Made by a program: the position numbers and the translations under genes. The notes beneath the pieces were generated by a model. That model made no database searches. It saw nothing but the letters and a program-made list of their open reading frames with translations, and was not told the DNA's origin. This document shows, piece after piece, positions 29,531 to 38,784 of a stretch of 64,000 nt of DNA (position 1 is its first letter; every line of letters starts with the position of its first letter). The DNA lies in the IMG/VR virus record IMGVR_UViG_3300050821_018050, positions 1 to 64,000 of that record; one strand, written 5' to 3'. The stretch is from a virus.

Positions 29531-30700
29531 TTGGTTACGGAATGGATCAAAAATCGCAAACAAAGTCTTGATCAGCTTGTGCTTCATAAAAGCATATCAG
29601 ATTACTTTGCTATGCTACCAGAATCTAGTCAATCGGCATTGATGTCAGAGCTAGAAAATCAAATATCTCCAATACTTAAGACATATGCACATAAAATAGG
29701 AGCAAAGCCTGTTGATTACGTTCTTTCTTTGAGATATAATGATCAAATGAAGAAACAAACAAAAACTCTTGCTAAGTCGGAATCTTTATTTCGAATTGTA
29801 GAATTAGATGCAAAAAATGCTTGGGATGGAATAACAAATTTAATCGTTAAAATGGCCCAAAGATCAAATAATGAAGATCTCATTAAGTCACTTCGTAACG
29901 CGGCGATTGGGCTAGGGTTACTAGGCGCGTTAGGTTCCGTCCCAGAAACGCAATCCGCTCAGACAGACATTATCCCTCATGCATTTCATTCAAAATTTAA
30001 AGCACCAGATTTTGGTTCACAAAAAGAAGATAATTTTTTACATAATGTAATGCAACTTGAATCTAGTGGTGGAAAAAATACTAATCATGCTACTATTGAT
30101 TATGGAAAATATAAAGGCCAAACTGCGATGGGGCGTTGGGGACTGCTACCAACTACTATTCGAGAAATGGCTCGCAAGAAAACCATGGCCGCTAATCCTG
30201 ATGTTACTAAAGTCAATAGCATGAACGATAGTCAATTAAAAGATTATATTACGCATAATCCAGATATTGAAACCCATATTGCAAGATCTTTAGCTAGGCA
30301 TGTTCTTGGCAGATTTAAAACTCCGCAAAAAGCAGCATATGCATGGAAATATGGCCACAATCTTTCTCCGGCTAGCATCGGTCCCCAGCAAATACAAAAT
30401 AAATATGTACAAGATTTTAATCAACTTAATAGCGGCAAATCTATTCGCGGATTAATTCCGGGATCTCCATCACATTCCATTGCTATGGGCAAATCAGAAG
30501 AATATTTCCCATTACGCCTAGAAAAATGGCTTAAAAAACGACATACTGATCAGCAAAATAGTATCACTAGAACTATGGAGCATATTGGTGACCGTGCCGA
30601 AAAAGTTAAACCTCCAAAAAATGAGGATCCCGCTCAAGGACTAGATTTAAAAGATCCTTTGGATCGTATTAAGTTGGCAGTACGGAAAGTTAACGAATGA
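29531..30700 (+). CDS. Protein with internal lysozyme/lytic-transglycosylase-like domain flanked by K|S motifs
   Basis: MQLESSGG (catalytic Glu), TAMGRWGLLPTT, AAYAWKYG, YV; LAKSE, LIKSL, MGKSE. Confidence 0.7.
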   Translation: MVTEWIKNRKQSLDQLVLHKSISDYFAMLPESSQSALMSELENQISPILKTYAHKIGAKPVDYVLSLRYNDQMKKQTKTLAKSESLFRIVELDAKNAWDGITNLIVKMAQRSNNEDLIKSLRNAAIGLGLLGALGSVPETQSAQTDIIPHAFHSKFKAPDFGSQKEDNFLHNVMQLESSGGKNTNHATIDYGKYKGQTAMGRWGLLPTTIREMARKKTMAANPDVTKVNSMNDSQLKDYITHNPDIETHIARSLARHVLGRFKTPQKAAYAWKYGHNLSPASIGPQQIQNKYVQDFNQLNSGKSIRGLIPGSPSHSIAMGKSEEYFPLRLEKWLKKRHTDQQNSITRTMEHIGDRAEKVKPPKNEDPAQGLDLKDPLDRIKLAVRKVNE

Positions 30701-31209
30701 AAATAACAGATGATCAAATCGCAGAAAGAAAACTTGCAGGCGTCTCAGCTACCGGGCCGGTCGTATATGTTCTTACTCGCGGCGGTCTTCATTCAATGTT
30801 TAGCAAAAACCAAAATGGTGATATAGTGTCACTTTCGGCTGCTCCCCACAGAGGTATTGCTACGTTTTTCGCCGAACAGAAAGACCCTACGATTAAATGG
30901 CGCGATGAATTTATTGCAAAAAGTGAAAACGATATAACAGATCTTAATAAAAATGAAAATGATAATTACGAAAAATATCGCAGCATGATCTGGTCTCAGG
31001 AACAAAATTTAATTAAAACAGAAGCTTCCGATATTTATTTCGTTTATAATACGCAAACTAATGATATATGGGTATCGGATAAAAATGAACTTAAGTCGGA
31101 GATGAAAGAGTCGCAAGATGTATCTTATTGGGTAGTAAGGCCAATAGACATGACCGCTCCAGCTCGTATGGCAAATCTTTGTGAGGAGCTTCAAAATGGC
31201 GAGGCCTAA
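30697..31209 (+). CDS. Hypothetical head-associated protein
   Basis: 170 aa with IAKSE, LNKNE, LIKTE motifs. Confidence 0.65.
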   Translation: MKITDDQIAERKLAGVSATGPVVYVLTRGGLHSMFSKNQNGDIVSLSAAPHRGIATFFAEQKDPTIKWRDEFIAKSENDITDLNKNENDNYEKYRSMIWSQEQNLIKTEASDIYFVYNTQTNDIWVSDKNELKSEMKESQDVSYWVVRPIDMTAPARMANLCEELQNGEA

Positions 31210-32086
31210 ACAAAATCTTGGTCCTCGTGGCCGAGTAGCTAAACCAGTTGCTGGAAATCAACTAATTAATAACTTAATAGATTATCAAGTTTCTTTTGAT
31301 AAAGAATCGTTTGATGCACTAATTCGTTCTCAGGGTGTGACTATGACCCACTATCGTGCAATTCCAGATCCAAGAGGAATGGGCTCTCGCGGGGATAACC
31401 ATGCTGTAGGTGCGACCAGAGATGCGATCGACGGTTATATTTATAAACAAGCAGGAGAGTTCACCTCATTTTTTAGCTCAAACGCGAATTCATTTGAACA
31501 AGCTGAACTTGGTAGAATGGCAAGCGCTTCGGCTTATATCACTTTCCCAGATACTTACGATAATAAGCCTGACTGTCCTGTTCTAATAAATACTCGCGAT
31601 AGACTTTATTTGAAAGACATTGAAATAAGAGTAGTGACTAGCCAATTCGTGGAAGCTTCCCCTACATCTATTGATAAACTTCAATTTCCTGCAACTTGTG
31701 TCGAACATCTCATAGATGCTAAAGGTGTAGAATATCATGAAAACATAGATTTTATCATTACTACAGAAGGTCACATCAAATGGACAGGTCAAAAACAGCC
31801 AGGATTTGATGTGGATATTGGGAAAGGTCGGGTTTTCGCAATCCGTTACAGATATACGCCATTTTTTGTTGTAAGCAAATTACTTCATGAAATTCGCGTT
31901 TCTCAAGTAACAAATCCCCGTACTGGTAATCGTTCGGTAGAGCGCATGCCATATCAAGCTCAAGTTCTTAGAGAATACGTTTTCAGGAATAAAGCTAATA
32001 AAGATGAAGAAGATCAAACATCTGAAGATCCTCGTTATACAGACATGCCGAAGGCATCTGGAAGACTTGGGCCAGCAGATCAGTAA
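31196..32086 (+). CDS. Neck/head-closure protein
   Basis: FDALIRSQGV, RDRLYL, AIRY...P.F.V..LLHE.R; ATG 31196 with SD GAGGAG. Confidence 0.65.
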   Translation: MARPKQNLGPRGRVAKPVAGNQLINNLIDYQVSFDKESFDALIRSQGVTMTHYRAIPDPRGMGSRGDNHAVGATRDAIDGYIYKQAGEFTSFFSSNANSFEQAELGRMASASAYITFPDTYDNKPDCPVLINTRDRLYLKDIEIRVVTSQFVEASPTSIDKLQFPATCVEHLIDAKGVEYHENIDFIITTEGHIKWTGQKQPGFDVDIGKGRVFAIRYRYTPFFVVSKLLHEIRVSQVTNPRTGNRSVERMPYQAQVLREYVFRNKANKDEEDQTSEDPRYTDMPKASGRLGPADQ

Positions 32087-32087
32087 A

Positions 32088-32097
32088 CCTAATATTT
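32088..32097 (+). promoter_or_regulatory. Putative late promoter element CCTAATATTT
   Basis: Recurrent intergenic motif. Confidence 0.75.
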
Positions 32098-32108
32098 GAT
32101 ATAAGGAA

Positions 32109-32498
32109 TTGAACATGCAGAACAAAAGACTTTATAATACTCCAAAAAGACCATCAATGGCAGTGCAAGGCGGGATCGCCGGTTATGCGGGTCGATTACA
32201 GCCACTAAATACACCTAATGCGGATTTATCGACAGCGGTTAGTGTGGGACAGAGCATGGTAATAGCTCTTTATAATTCAGCCACTACCACTCAGTTTTAT
32301 AATACGGGCATAGACAACACTGTTCTAGCTACTAATTTTACAAATGCAATGCCTATTCCACCATTGAGCTATTTGTACATAAATACATGTTCTGATTCTT
32401 ATATTATTACCACTGCTGGTGTTTATGGTTTCTGGTCATATGATGAAGTTCAATATACCAACAATAATGATCAACCAAACCAATCTTTAAACGTATAG
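32109..32498 (+). CDS. Probable virion structural protein
   Basis: 129 aa behind late motif, SD AAGGA. Confidence 0.55.
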   Translation: MNMQNKRLYNTPKRPSMAVQGGIAGYAGRLQPLNTPNADLSTAVSVGQSMVIALYNSATTTQFYNTGIDNTVLATNFTNAMPIPPLSYLYINTCSDSYIITTAGVYGFWSYDEVQYTNNNDQPNQSLNV

Positions 32499-32510
32499 GA
32501 TCATTACATC

Positions 32511-33056
32511 TTGAAACCCAAAAATAAATCAGAATTACTAATGCAACTTAAGTCAAAGTTGACCAAAGCTAAAATGGCTGAAGGCCCATCTGGAGCTGCG
32601 ATGCCAAAAGCTCCAGCCCCGCCACAAGTGCCTAAACCCCCAGTAGCTCCCGGTAATAGCCCAGCAGCGCAGCAAGCCAAACAAGGACAAACTGCGGCTG
32701 TAAAGATGGCTTCCGCTCCTCCTAAAGCACCCCAAGCTCCTAAACCTCCACAAATGGGTAAATCAGAAACTTACTTTTCGCATAAACGCAAAGAACTTAC
32801 TATTTCTGAATCACAACTTTTTACAGAATGCGAACATTGCGGAGTGCCTCAATTCACAAAAACTGAACAAGGGCCATCTTATAAACCCTGTGCTTGTTTT
32901 ATGGTTACTAAGAATGAACAATTTGTAACATTGAAAAAGAATGAAACAGGTTATGCATTAGATTTCAATCCTAAAGCAGATGCTGATTCGGTTAAAGCCT
33001 TTTTGCTAGCACTTAAGGCAAGATTACTGGTGACAAAGAAGTTCGGAGACGATTAA
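32511..33056 (+). CDS. Pro/Ala-rich protein with C-terminal CxxC...CxC domain
   Basis: Low-complexity N-half ending QMGKSE, then CEHC...CAC. Confidence 0.65.
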   Translation: MKPKNKSELLMQLKSKLTKAKMAEGPSGAAMPKAPAPPQVPKPPVAPGNSPAAQQAKQGQTAAVKMASAPPKAPQAPKPPQMGKSETYFSHKRKELTISESQLFTECEHCGVPQFTKTEQGPSYKPCACFMVTKNEQFVTLKKNETGYALDFNPKADADSVKAFLLALKARLLVTKKFGDD

Positions 33057-33057
33057 T

Positions 33058-34218
33058 ATGGAGCAAAAGCTCTGGGTCGTCATGTTTTCAACCCAAATTG
33101 CTGACCAGATTCGTAAATTATTGGAATCGGGCAAATTTACTGAAGCTACTACGACAAACGACTTACTAAAAGCATTTCAAGAAAAGATCTCATCAGAAGT
33201 TCAAAAATCTGGTGGGCATTTGCACGTTTTTTTACCAGAATGGATGGTAATACAAATCACCCCATCCTTAGCTGAGCAAATTCCAGAATTAGTTAAATCT
33301 TTTAATGATCAAGTCGGATACAGTTTAGCAACCGGAATCGGCCTAAATTTTGGAGAAGCTGTTAAAGCCGCTAAGATTTCTGAAGAAACTGGTGACATTC
33401 AATTATTTGAAGAAGATATGAGCAAATCCCTAGAACTTCCTCCTAATCTATTCGATTATGGTGATCAATCTATCGCAAATAATGATGAGAATACTGATGC
33501 TCAGGAACAAACTTATACAAAAGGGCCAGATTATAAAGCTTCTTTACAGTTAGCAGCCGAACAGCTTCAGGCGATTATACAACAATTGGGTGGCCAAGCT
33601 CAGCAAGATGCGGCTCAGCAAGTACAGCAAATTCAGCAACAACAGGCTGCACAACAACAGCAACAAGCGCAGGCTCAGCCACGAGATTTAGTGGATGCAT
33701 TGCATGGTGAACAAGTCGGCGACCGTAATCCTTACAGAGCCAAATCTGACGACAAAGATTCTGACAAAAAATCATCTGATAAGTCAGATGACGACAGCGA
33801 TACTGAAAAAGATGAAGAACCTACCGATGATTCTGACGGCGACGAAGTGCAACAAAAACTAGGCGGTGCTTTGCTTCACATAAAAGAGCAAATCCCTCAA
33901 TTAATGGATTTAGCAGAAAAAAATCCTGATGCTTTTAAACAGTCAATGACTTTGATCCAAAAACTTCTTTCTCTTACTAAGCAAACAAAATCTGGCGTTG
34001 AAAAAAGTGAATCGCAAGAACTAACCGGGTCTCTCAATAAAAGAATGTTACTTCCAGTAGGTTCAACTAAAAATCGTAAGAAAAAAGTTTTGGTTAATGG
34101 CAAGCAGGTTTGGAGATCCATGATTAGCGGCCAAGTACAAGACTTGAGTGGTCAAGCTATTTCTGGTAAATCTAGTAATGCGAATGCCGAAAAGGGTGCT
34201 CAGCCCAAGGAAGAATAA
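33058..34218 (+). CDS. Protein with degenerate mCpol-like N-terminal domain and Q-rich/acidic linkers
   Basis: SGG.LHV...LATGIG.NFGEA.KA...S..TG pattern of the minimal CRISPR polymerase domain without catalytic Asp; MSKSL, VEKSE. Confidence 0.55.
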   Translation: MEQKLWVVMFSTQIADQIRKLLESGKFTEATTTNDLLKAFQEKISSEVQKSGGHLHVFLPEWMVIQITPSLAEQIPELVKSFNDQVGYSLATGIGLNFGEAVKAAKISEETGDIQLFEEDMSKSLELPPNLFDYGDQSIANNDENTDAQEQTYTKGPDYKASLQLAAEQLQAIIQQLGGQAQQDAAQQVQQIQQQQAAQQQQQAQAQPRDLVDALHGEQVGDRNPYRAKSDDKDSDKKSSDKSDDDSDTEKDEEPTDDSDGDEVQQKLGGALLHIKEQIPQLMDLAEKNPDAFKQSMTLIQKLLSLTKQTKSGVEKSESQELTGSLNKRMLLPVGSTKNRKKKVLVNGKQVWRSMISGQVQDLSGQAISGKSSNANAEKGAQPKEE

Positions 34219-34221
34219 TCC

Positions 34222-35163
34222 ATGGCTGACAATAAAGAATTTTCCATAAATATTAATATTGATGAAGTAGCCCAGAAGTTAGGGCAAGTGGCGGATACTA
34301 TTGCCCCCCAAATTCAAAAATCTGTAGAAAATCTTTCAGCCGCAACTCACGCAAAAATTGTAACTATAGTCAATGAAGCTTTCCCAGAGGATGAATTTAA
34401 GCGTCAATTTTATTTAGGCCAAGGTAAATATGCCAAGACCAACCTAAAATCAGATGAACATCCGTTGGTATTACCTGATTCTAAAAATTTACGTTGGAAT
34501 AAATTAAGCAATAATCTTTGGGTAGTTGAACTGGACCCTTCCGCAGAATGGCTAGAAATGGGTCGAGATAGAGTATCCATGGCAACTGAAGATTGGCTTT
34601 TAAAGCCCGGTCCAAGTCTTAAGCATGCCAAAGATGGATCCACTTATAAAAGCATTCCGATGCCAGCAGGGAAACAGGCATCTCATAGTAAGTCAGACAA
34701 GGGAGAAGCTTTTCTTAAGGATGCTTTGATGCAGTCTATAGAAAAAGCTGGAATTGATCTCAAGACCATACAGATGGATAACGCCGGTAATCCAAAATTA
34801 GGAATTACTGATAAAATTGATACCTCAGATTTTGAATGGCAAGGCAGCTCCATCGCAGGCGCTTTCTCAAGAGGTCGTACTGCAGAAGAATCAGCCGCCA
34901 CGGGGTTACCAGAGCATGAAGGACATTTCATGATTGGAGGAGCAGTCATGCTTCAAAGAGAAGATCCAGACGTTAAGGGCGGTGTAAGGCGTGACGCCGT
35001 TGTATTTCGCACAGTTTCAAGTAAACATTTAGGGGAAGACAGATGGATGGCTCCCGCAGTCCCCGGCATCCATGCTTTTGAGCAAGCTGAAAGATGGGCT
35101 AATGACCAATGGAATGCCATTGTAAAACAAATGGATGACCAATTCAATAAAGTTCTGGGGTAG
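34222..35163 (+). CDS. Neck/tail-completion protein (HK97 gp10-like)
   Basis: AEWLEMG, KDGSTY..IP, FRTVSS...WM.P. Confidence 0.55.
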   Translation: MADNKEFSININIDEVAQKLGQVADTIAPQIQKSVENLSAATHAKIVTIVNEAFPEDEFKRQFYLGQGKYAKTNLKSDEHPLVLPDSKNLRWNKLSNNLWVVELDPSAEWLEMGRDRVSMATEDWLLKPGPSLKHAKDGSTYKSIPMPAGKQASHSKSDKGEAFLKDALMQSIEKAGIDLKTIQMDNAGNPKLGITDKIDTSDFEWQGSSIAGAFSRGRTAEESAATGLPEHEGHFMIGGAVMLQREDPDVKGGVRRDAVVFRTVSSKHLGEDRWMAPAVPGIHAFEQAERWANDQWNAIVKQMDDQFNKVLG

Positions 35164-35172
35164 ATTTTATCC

Positions 35173-35182
35173 CCTAATATTG
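35173..35182 (+). promoter_or_regulatory. Putative late promoter element CCTAATATTG
   Basis: Recurrent intergenic motif. Confidence 0.7.
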
Positions 35183-35202
35183 TATATTAAAGGTAGTACT
35201 AA

Positions 35203-36246
35203 ATGGGCGCTCTTCCTACAGATATTCTAATCCGAACCGCACTAGAAGCCGCAATTCAGGATATGCGCCGTAACGCATATTTGCTTAATGATTGTTTTGG
35301 TGGTCTGGCCAATGACTTGGTATCAAAAGCCGAGTATGGTCCTAAAGAGCCAGCCAAAGCTTTAGAATTTATCACAAAAAATAACATACCAGTTTTTTTA
35401 CCTTTTCGGCCAGATGGAATCACTGTACCTTGTGTATTAATTAATCAAATTGCTGCAAGTGAAGCATCTAACCGTGCTTCTTTAGCCGATGATGGTGAAG
35501 ACAATTCGTTTGATCCTGTTTTGGCTGGTCGACCAGTTCATAGAATCCTTCCAGAAATGAATCCTACTTACGATATCACTAATGGTCAATTAACTATTCC
35601 AACAGACCATAACACATATCAAATTGCTCCAGGCATGTTTTTGGTAACGGCTACCGGCAATAAATATCAAATTCAATCTACAATCGATGATCAAACCATA
35701 CAACTTCAAACGGGAATTACCGAGGATCTTCGAAATTCATATGTTACCCCAGCTCCAAATAATTGGTTAGCTCATAGAGAGCAATTATTTTTTACAGAAA
35801 GTTGGAGTATAACGGTTATTGGAGCAGAACCAGTTCAGGCAGGATGGTTGAGACAGTTCATTTCATATTGCTTAGGAAGATATCGCGAAGCATACTTAGA
35901 GGGTCGCGGTTTTGCGATCAGTTCATTTCAGTCAGGACCAGTAGTGACTAGCTCGGTACCTAATTGTTACGAAGCAAAATTTACATTAAGTGGAGATGTT
36001 GAACAAAGTTGGATTAAATATGTTGCTCCTAAATTTACTCGTGTAGAAGGCGGCATAAAAATCCTAGATATGCCTAAGACTCCCATTGTATATGAGGATG
36101 AGGCCGCTAAACAGGGATGGTCATCGGTTAATGATACATTTGTAAATACTTCAAGCAATGAAGCGGACATAGATACATTTGGTGATGCCACGCACGATGC
36201 TCTTGGAATAAATTCAGATGATATTGATTTGTTGGGGGAGGACTAA
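35203..36246 (+). CDS. Probable tail terminator/neck protein
   Basis: 347 aa, P.V.I....E pattern, position in the neck module. Confidence 0.45.
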   Translation: MGALPTDILIRTALEAAIQDMRRNAYLLNDCFGGLANDLVSKAEYGPKEPAKALEFITKNNIPVFLPFRPDGITVPCVLINQIAASEASNRASLADDGEDNSFDPVLAGRPVHRILPEMNPTYDITNGQLTIPTDHNTYQIAPGMFLVTATGNKYQIQSTIDDQTIQLQTGITEDLRNSYVTPAPNNWLAHREQLFFTESWSITVIGAEPVQAGWLRQFISYCLGRYREAYLEGRGFAISSFQSGPVVTSSVPNCYEAKFTLSGDVEQSWIKYVAPKFTRVEGGIKILDMPKTPIVYEDEAAKQGWSSVNDTFVNTSSNEADIDTFGDATHDALGINSDDIDLLGED

Positions 36247-38784
36247 ATGAGACCTCCTATGCGCGAAGGCGATACAGAAACTATGAATAATGGCGAAACA
36301 TATGCTGCCATAAATCATCCTGATCTCGGCTTAGTTTGGGATTTACATCCACAGCATCATGAAGAGAAAAAACAAAAGTTTTTGGTTCAAGCTAAACAAT
36401 GGCTTCAACACCAACCGCCAGAACATCATGAAGTGATCCGATCATTTGTAAATAAGATTTTAAAAGATCCCAACAAGCATTTACGCGTAGGCCAAGATAC
36501 TCGAACTGGCCCAACGGTACCTCGTTTCCGTCACATTAATCAAATGGTAAATGATCATCCTGACACAAAACTGACAGTACATTCACCAAATTCATTGACA
36601 TTGCAGGTTAAGCGTCATAGCCATGATACAAATAATGAAGGTTTATCCAATTTTCACTATGATATGACGAATGATGTTGTAAAATCAGAAGATTTATGGT
36701 ATAATGGAGTATATGGACTCTATAAAGACGAATTCGGGAATAACTATCGAGTCTCTCATGAAGCTGGGGCCTGCTCTATCTTCAGACGAAAGAGTGGCGA
36801 TTTGGGAAAAAGCGAATTTGGGTATGATCAGCTCGATGAACCAAGTACTAAACTTATCCTTGGAAGAATTCAGCCTCTTCTTAAATCTTTACGATACGGG
36901 AGCCATTCTGGAATTTCTGACCCCATCTCAGATGAAAGCGATAATGATCCATTTCAAGGTGACGGGTCATCGATACTAGAAAAAGGTGAAAAAGTGCATT
37001 CTGGAATTATGGTCGCAATACCAATTCCTACTGATATTGGCGAAAAGATTGCCGTTAAGAACGGCGAATCGCCAGATAAAATGCATGCAACGCTTCTATA
37101 TGTTCCTAAAGTTGGAGACAATGAAGAAGTATTTTATAAGATTGTTGCTATAGTGTCGGAAGCAGCCAAGACTTTTGCGCCATTGAAATCAAAAATTGCT
37201 GGGATCGGTCGTTTTAGTGCTAGTAAGTCAAGCGACGGCAAAGATGTCTTTTATGCTGGCTATGATGCCCCTGCATTACCCGAATTACGTCAATATATTT
37301 TTGATAAAGTAAAAGAATCTGGAATTGATTGGGAAAGTAAATTCGGATTCACTCCCCATATAACTTTAAAATATATTGGTACTGAAGACGAACTTCCACA
37401 AAATCGTCTTGAAGGCGAGGAATTCATTTGTGACAAAATCATCATCAAGTCTCAAAGCTTCAAAGAAGAAGAAACATTTACGGGAGATCGAGTTGCAAAA
37501 TCGGATCAACTGTCAGCTCATTTTAGTTCCCTTCTTAAATCTGGTGATGGTGGGGGTAAATTTATTCGAAGATTGCCCGATCAGCATAGCAATAGATTTG
37601 GGTCCGAGTGGTACAAAAAATCTAAAAAAGATAAACGATTAGAAATTCAAAAACCTGATCCGCATGATAAGATACCCTTAAAAACTTCCATTGCCGATGC
37701 CGTTGCTTCGGTTCTTGGCCCAAAAATTAAAAAAGAAGAGCTTGATAAGGGGGCGGCACAACGTCTTTTTCCCGTAGAATCCCCTAAACCGCTACCCACT
37801 TCTTCTAAATATAATTTAAAGGTTCCAGGAAGAGAAAAAGAAGAACAATGGCAATCTGGCATGAATGGTAGAGATTTGCTTCCTGTGCAGTCTAACAATG
37901 AAAGAGCAAGAGGTTTATTAAAATTAACTGGTCAAACTAATCATAGAAAAAATTCTAAAACCGGCGAAAATGAATTTTTATTGCATCGCGCTCACCATCC
38001 ATCTGAAGTTTTTGGTGAATCCCATAAAAGTAGATCTTCATCTTGGACACCACGTAAATGGGTAGCAGAAGAAGAAGCTAAAGTTCATCAAAAAGAACAT
38101 CCCTCTAAAATAACATCGGCATGGTTTCCAGAATCTGATATAAAACATTATACTTTTCAGACTCCAGGCGCATTTCAATCCGAAGATGGTAAACCATACC
38201 CAGAATTTGGATTTGAAAAAGAAGTGGTTATTAAGCCAGGACACAAAGGCATTATACACAGTCAAAATGATATTGTTAAAAAATCAGAATATTTAAGTAA
38301 AGCTGACGACTGGAAATCAAGTTACGAACAGCATTTATCGCAGCCCAACAAATTAATCCATTATTCTAAAAAGGCGGGATTAACATCTTTGGATCCAACT
38401 TTCCAAGGAACCGGCGCGCCGTCTGAAGAATACAAGCACGGATTACCTTCAATCCCCCGTACATATTTTTATCAACATGGCACCGAACCAGAAGATATTG
38501 TGAAACAAGGTGCAGTTGCAAAATATACGGCTACTTTAAAACCGGAACATAAAATTTATGACTTGGCCCACGATAAGGACAATATTCACCATAAATTAAA
38601 AGTAGCTTCTATGGGTAAACAAGTTAACCCAGGAGTAGTAAGTTCAGATGATTATTTGCATGCTATTAAAGCCGCAGGTTACCACGGCTTCAAAAATTCG
38701 GCGTCGACCCAGCTTCCTAATGTTATAGCACTTTTTCACGCCCATCCGATAGATTACGAGGAGACTGTCCATGAAAAAACGTAA
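36247..38784 (+). CDS. Multidomain polyprotein: unknown His-rich domain, 2H phosphoesterase, R-S-E ART-like domain, H-Y ART-like domain
   Basis: HATL/HITL (aa 280/371); LHR...SSW...EKE (aa 581/598/657-659); IHYS...LDP...YFY...AAGYHGF; domains bounded by xxK|SE-type motifs. Confidence 0.75.
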   Translation: MRPPMREGDTETMNNGETYAAINHPDLGLVWDLHPQHHEEKKQKFLVQAKQWLQHQPPEHHEVIRSFVNKILKDPNKHLRVGQDTRTGPTVPRFRHINQMVNDHPDTKLTVHSPNSLTLQVKRHSHDTNNEGLSNFHYDMTNDVVKSEDLWYNGVYGLYKDEFGNNYRVSHEAGACSIFRRKSGDLGKSEFGYDQLDEPSTKLILGRIQPLLKSLRYGSHSGISDPISDESDNDPFQGDGSSILEKGEKVHSGIMVAIPIPTDIGEKIAVKNGESPDKMHATLLYVPKVGDNEEVFYKIVAIVSEAAKTFAPLKSKIAGIGRFSASKSSDGKDVFYAGYDAPALPELRQYIFDKVKESGIDWESKFGFTPHITLKYIGTEDELPQNRLEGEEFICDKIIIKSQSFKEEETFTGDRVAKSDQLSAHFSSLLKSGDGGGKFIRRLPDQHSNRFGSEWYKKSKKDKRLEIQKPDPHDKIPLKTSIADAVASVLGPKIKKEELDKGAAQRLFPVESPKPLPTSSKYNLKVPGREKEEQWQSGMNGRDLLPVQSNNERARGLLKLTGQTNHRKNSKTGENEFLLHRAHHPSEVFGESHKSRSSSWTPRKWVAEEEAKVHQKEHPSKITSAWFPESDIKHYTFQTPGAFQSEDGKPYPEFGFEKEVVIKPGHKGIIHSQNDIVKKSEYLSKADDWKSSYEQHLSQPNKLIHYSKKAGLTSLDPTFQGTGAPSEEYKHGLPSIPRTYFYQHGTEPEDIVKQGAVAKYTATLKPEHKIYDLAHDKDNIHHKLKVASMGKQVNPGVVSSDDYLHAIKAAGYHGFKNSASTQLPNVIALFHAHPIDYEETVHEKT
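36677..36705 (+). promoter_or_regulatory. Intragenic sigma70-type promoter
   Basis: TTGTAA-N17 (ending TGG)-TATAAT; ATG at 36713. Confidence 0.7.
36713..36979 (+). CDS. Nested +1-frame gene, 88 aa, inside the polyprotein linker
   Basis: MDSIKTNSGITIESLMKLGPALSSDERVAIWEKANLG...; own promoter; helical amphipathic composition. Confidence 0.6.
   Translation: MDSIKTNSGITIESLMKLGPALSSDERVAIWEKANLGMISSMNQVLNLSLEEFSLFLNLYDTGAILEFLTPSQMKAIMIHFKVTGHRY

Noticed and set aside
37376-37642. Second nested +1-frame ORF in the polyprotein
   Set aside because: No promoter or SD seen; overlaps the 2H domain; composition looks like shadow frame
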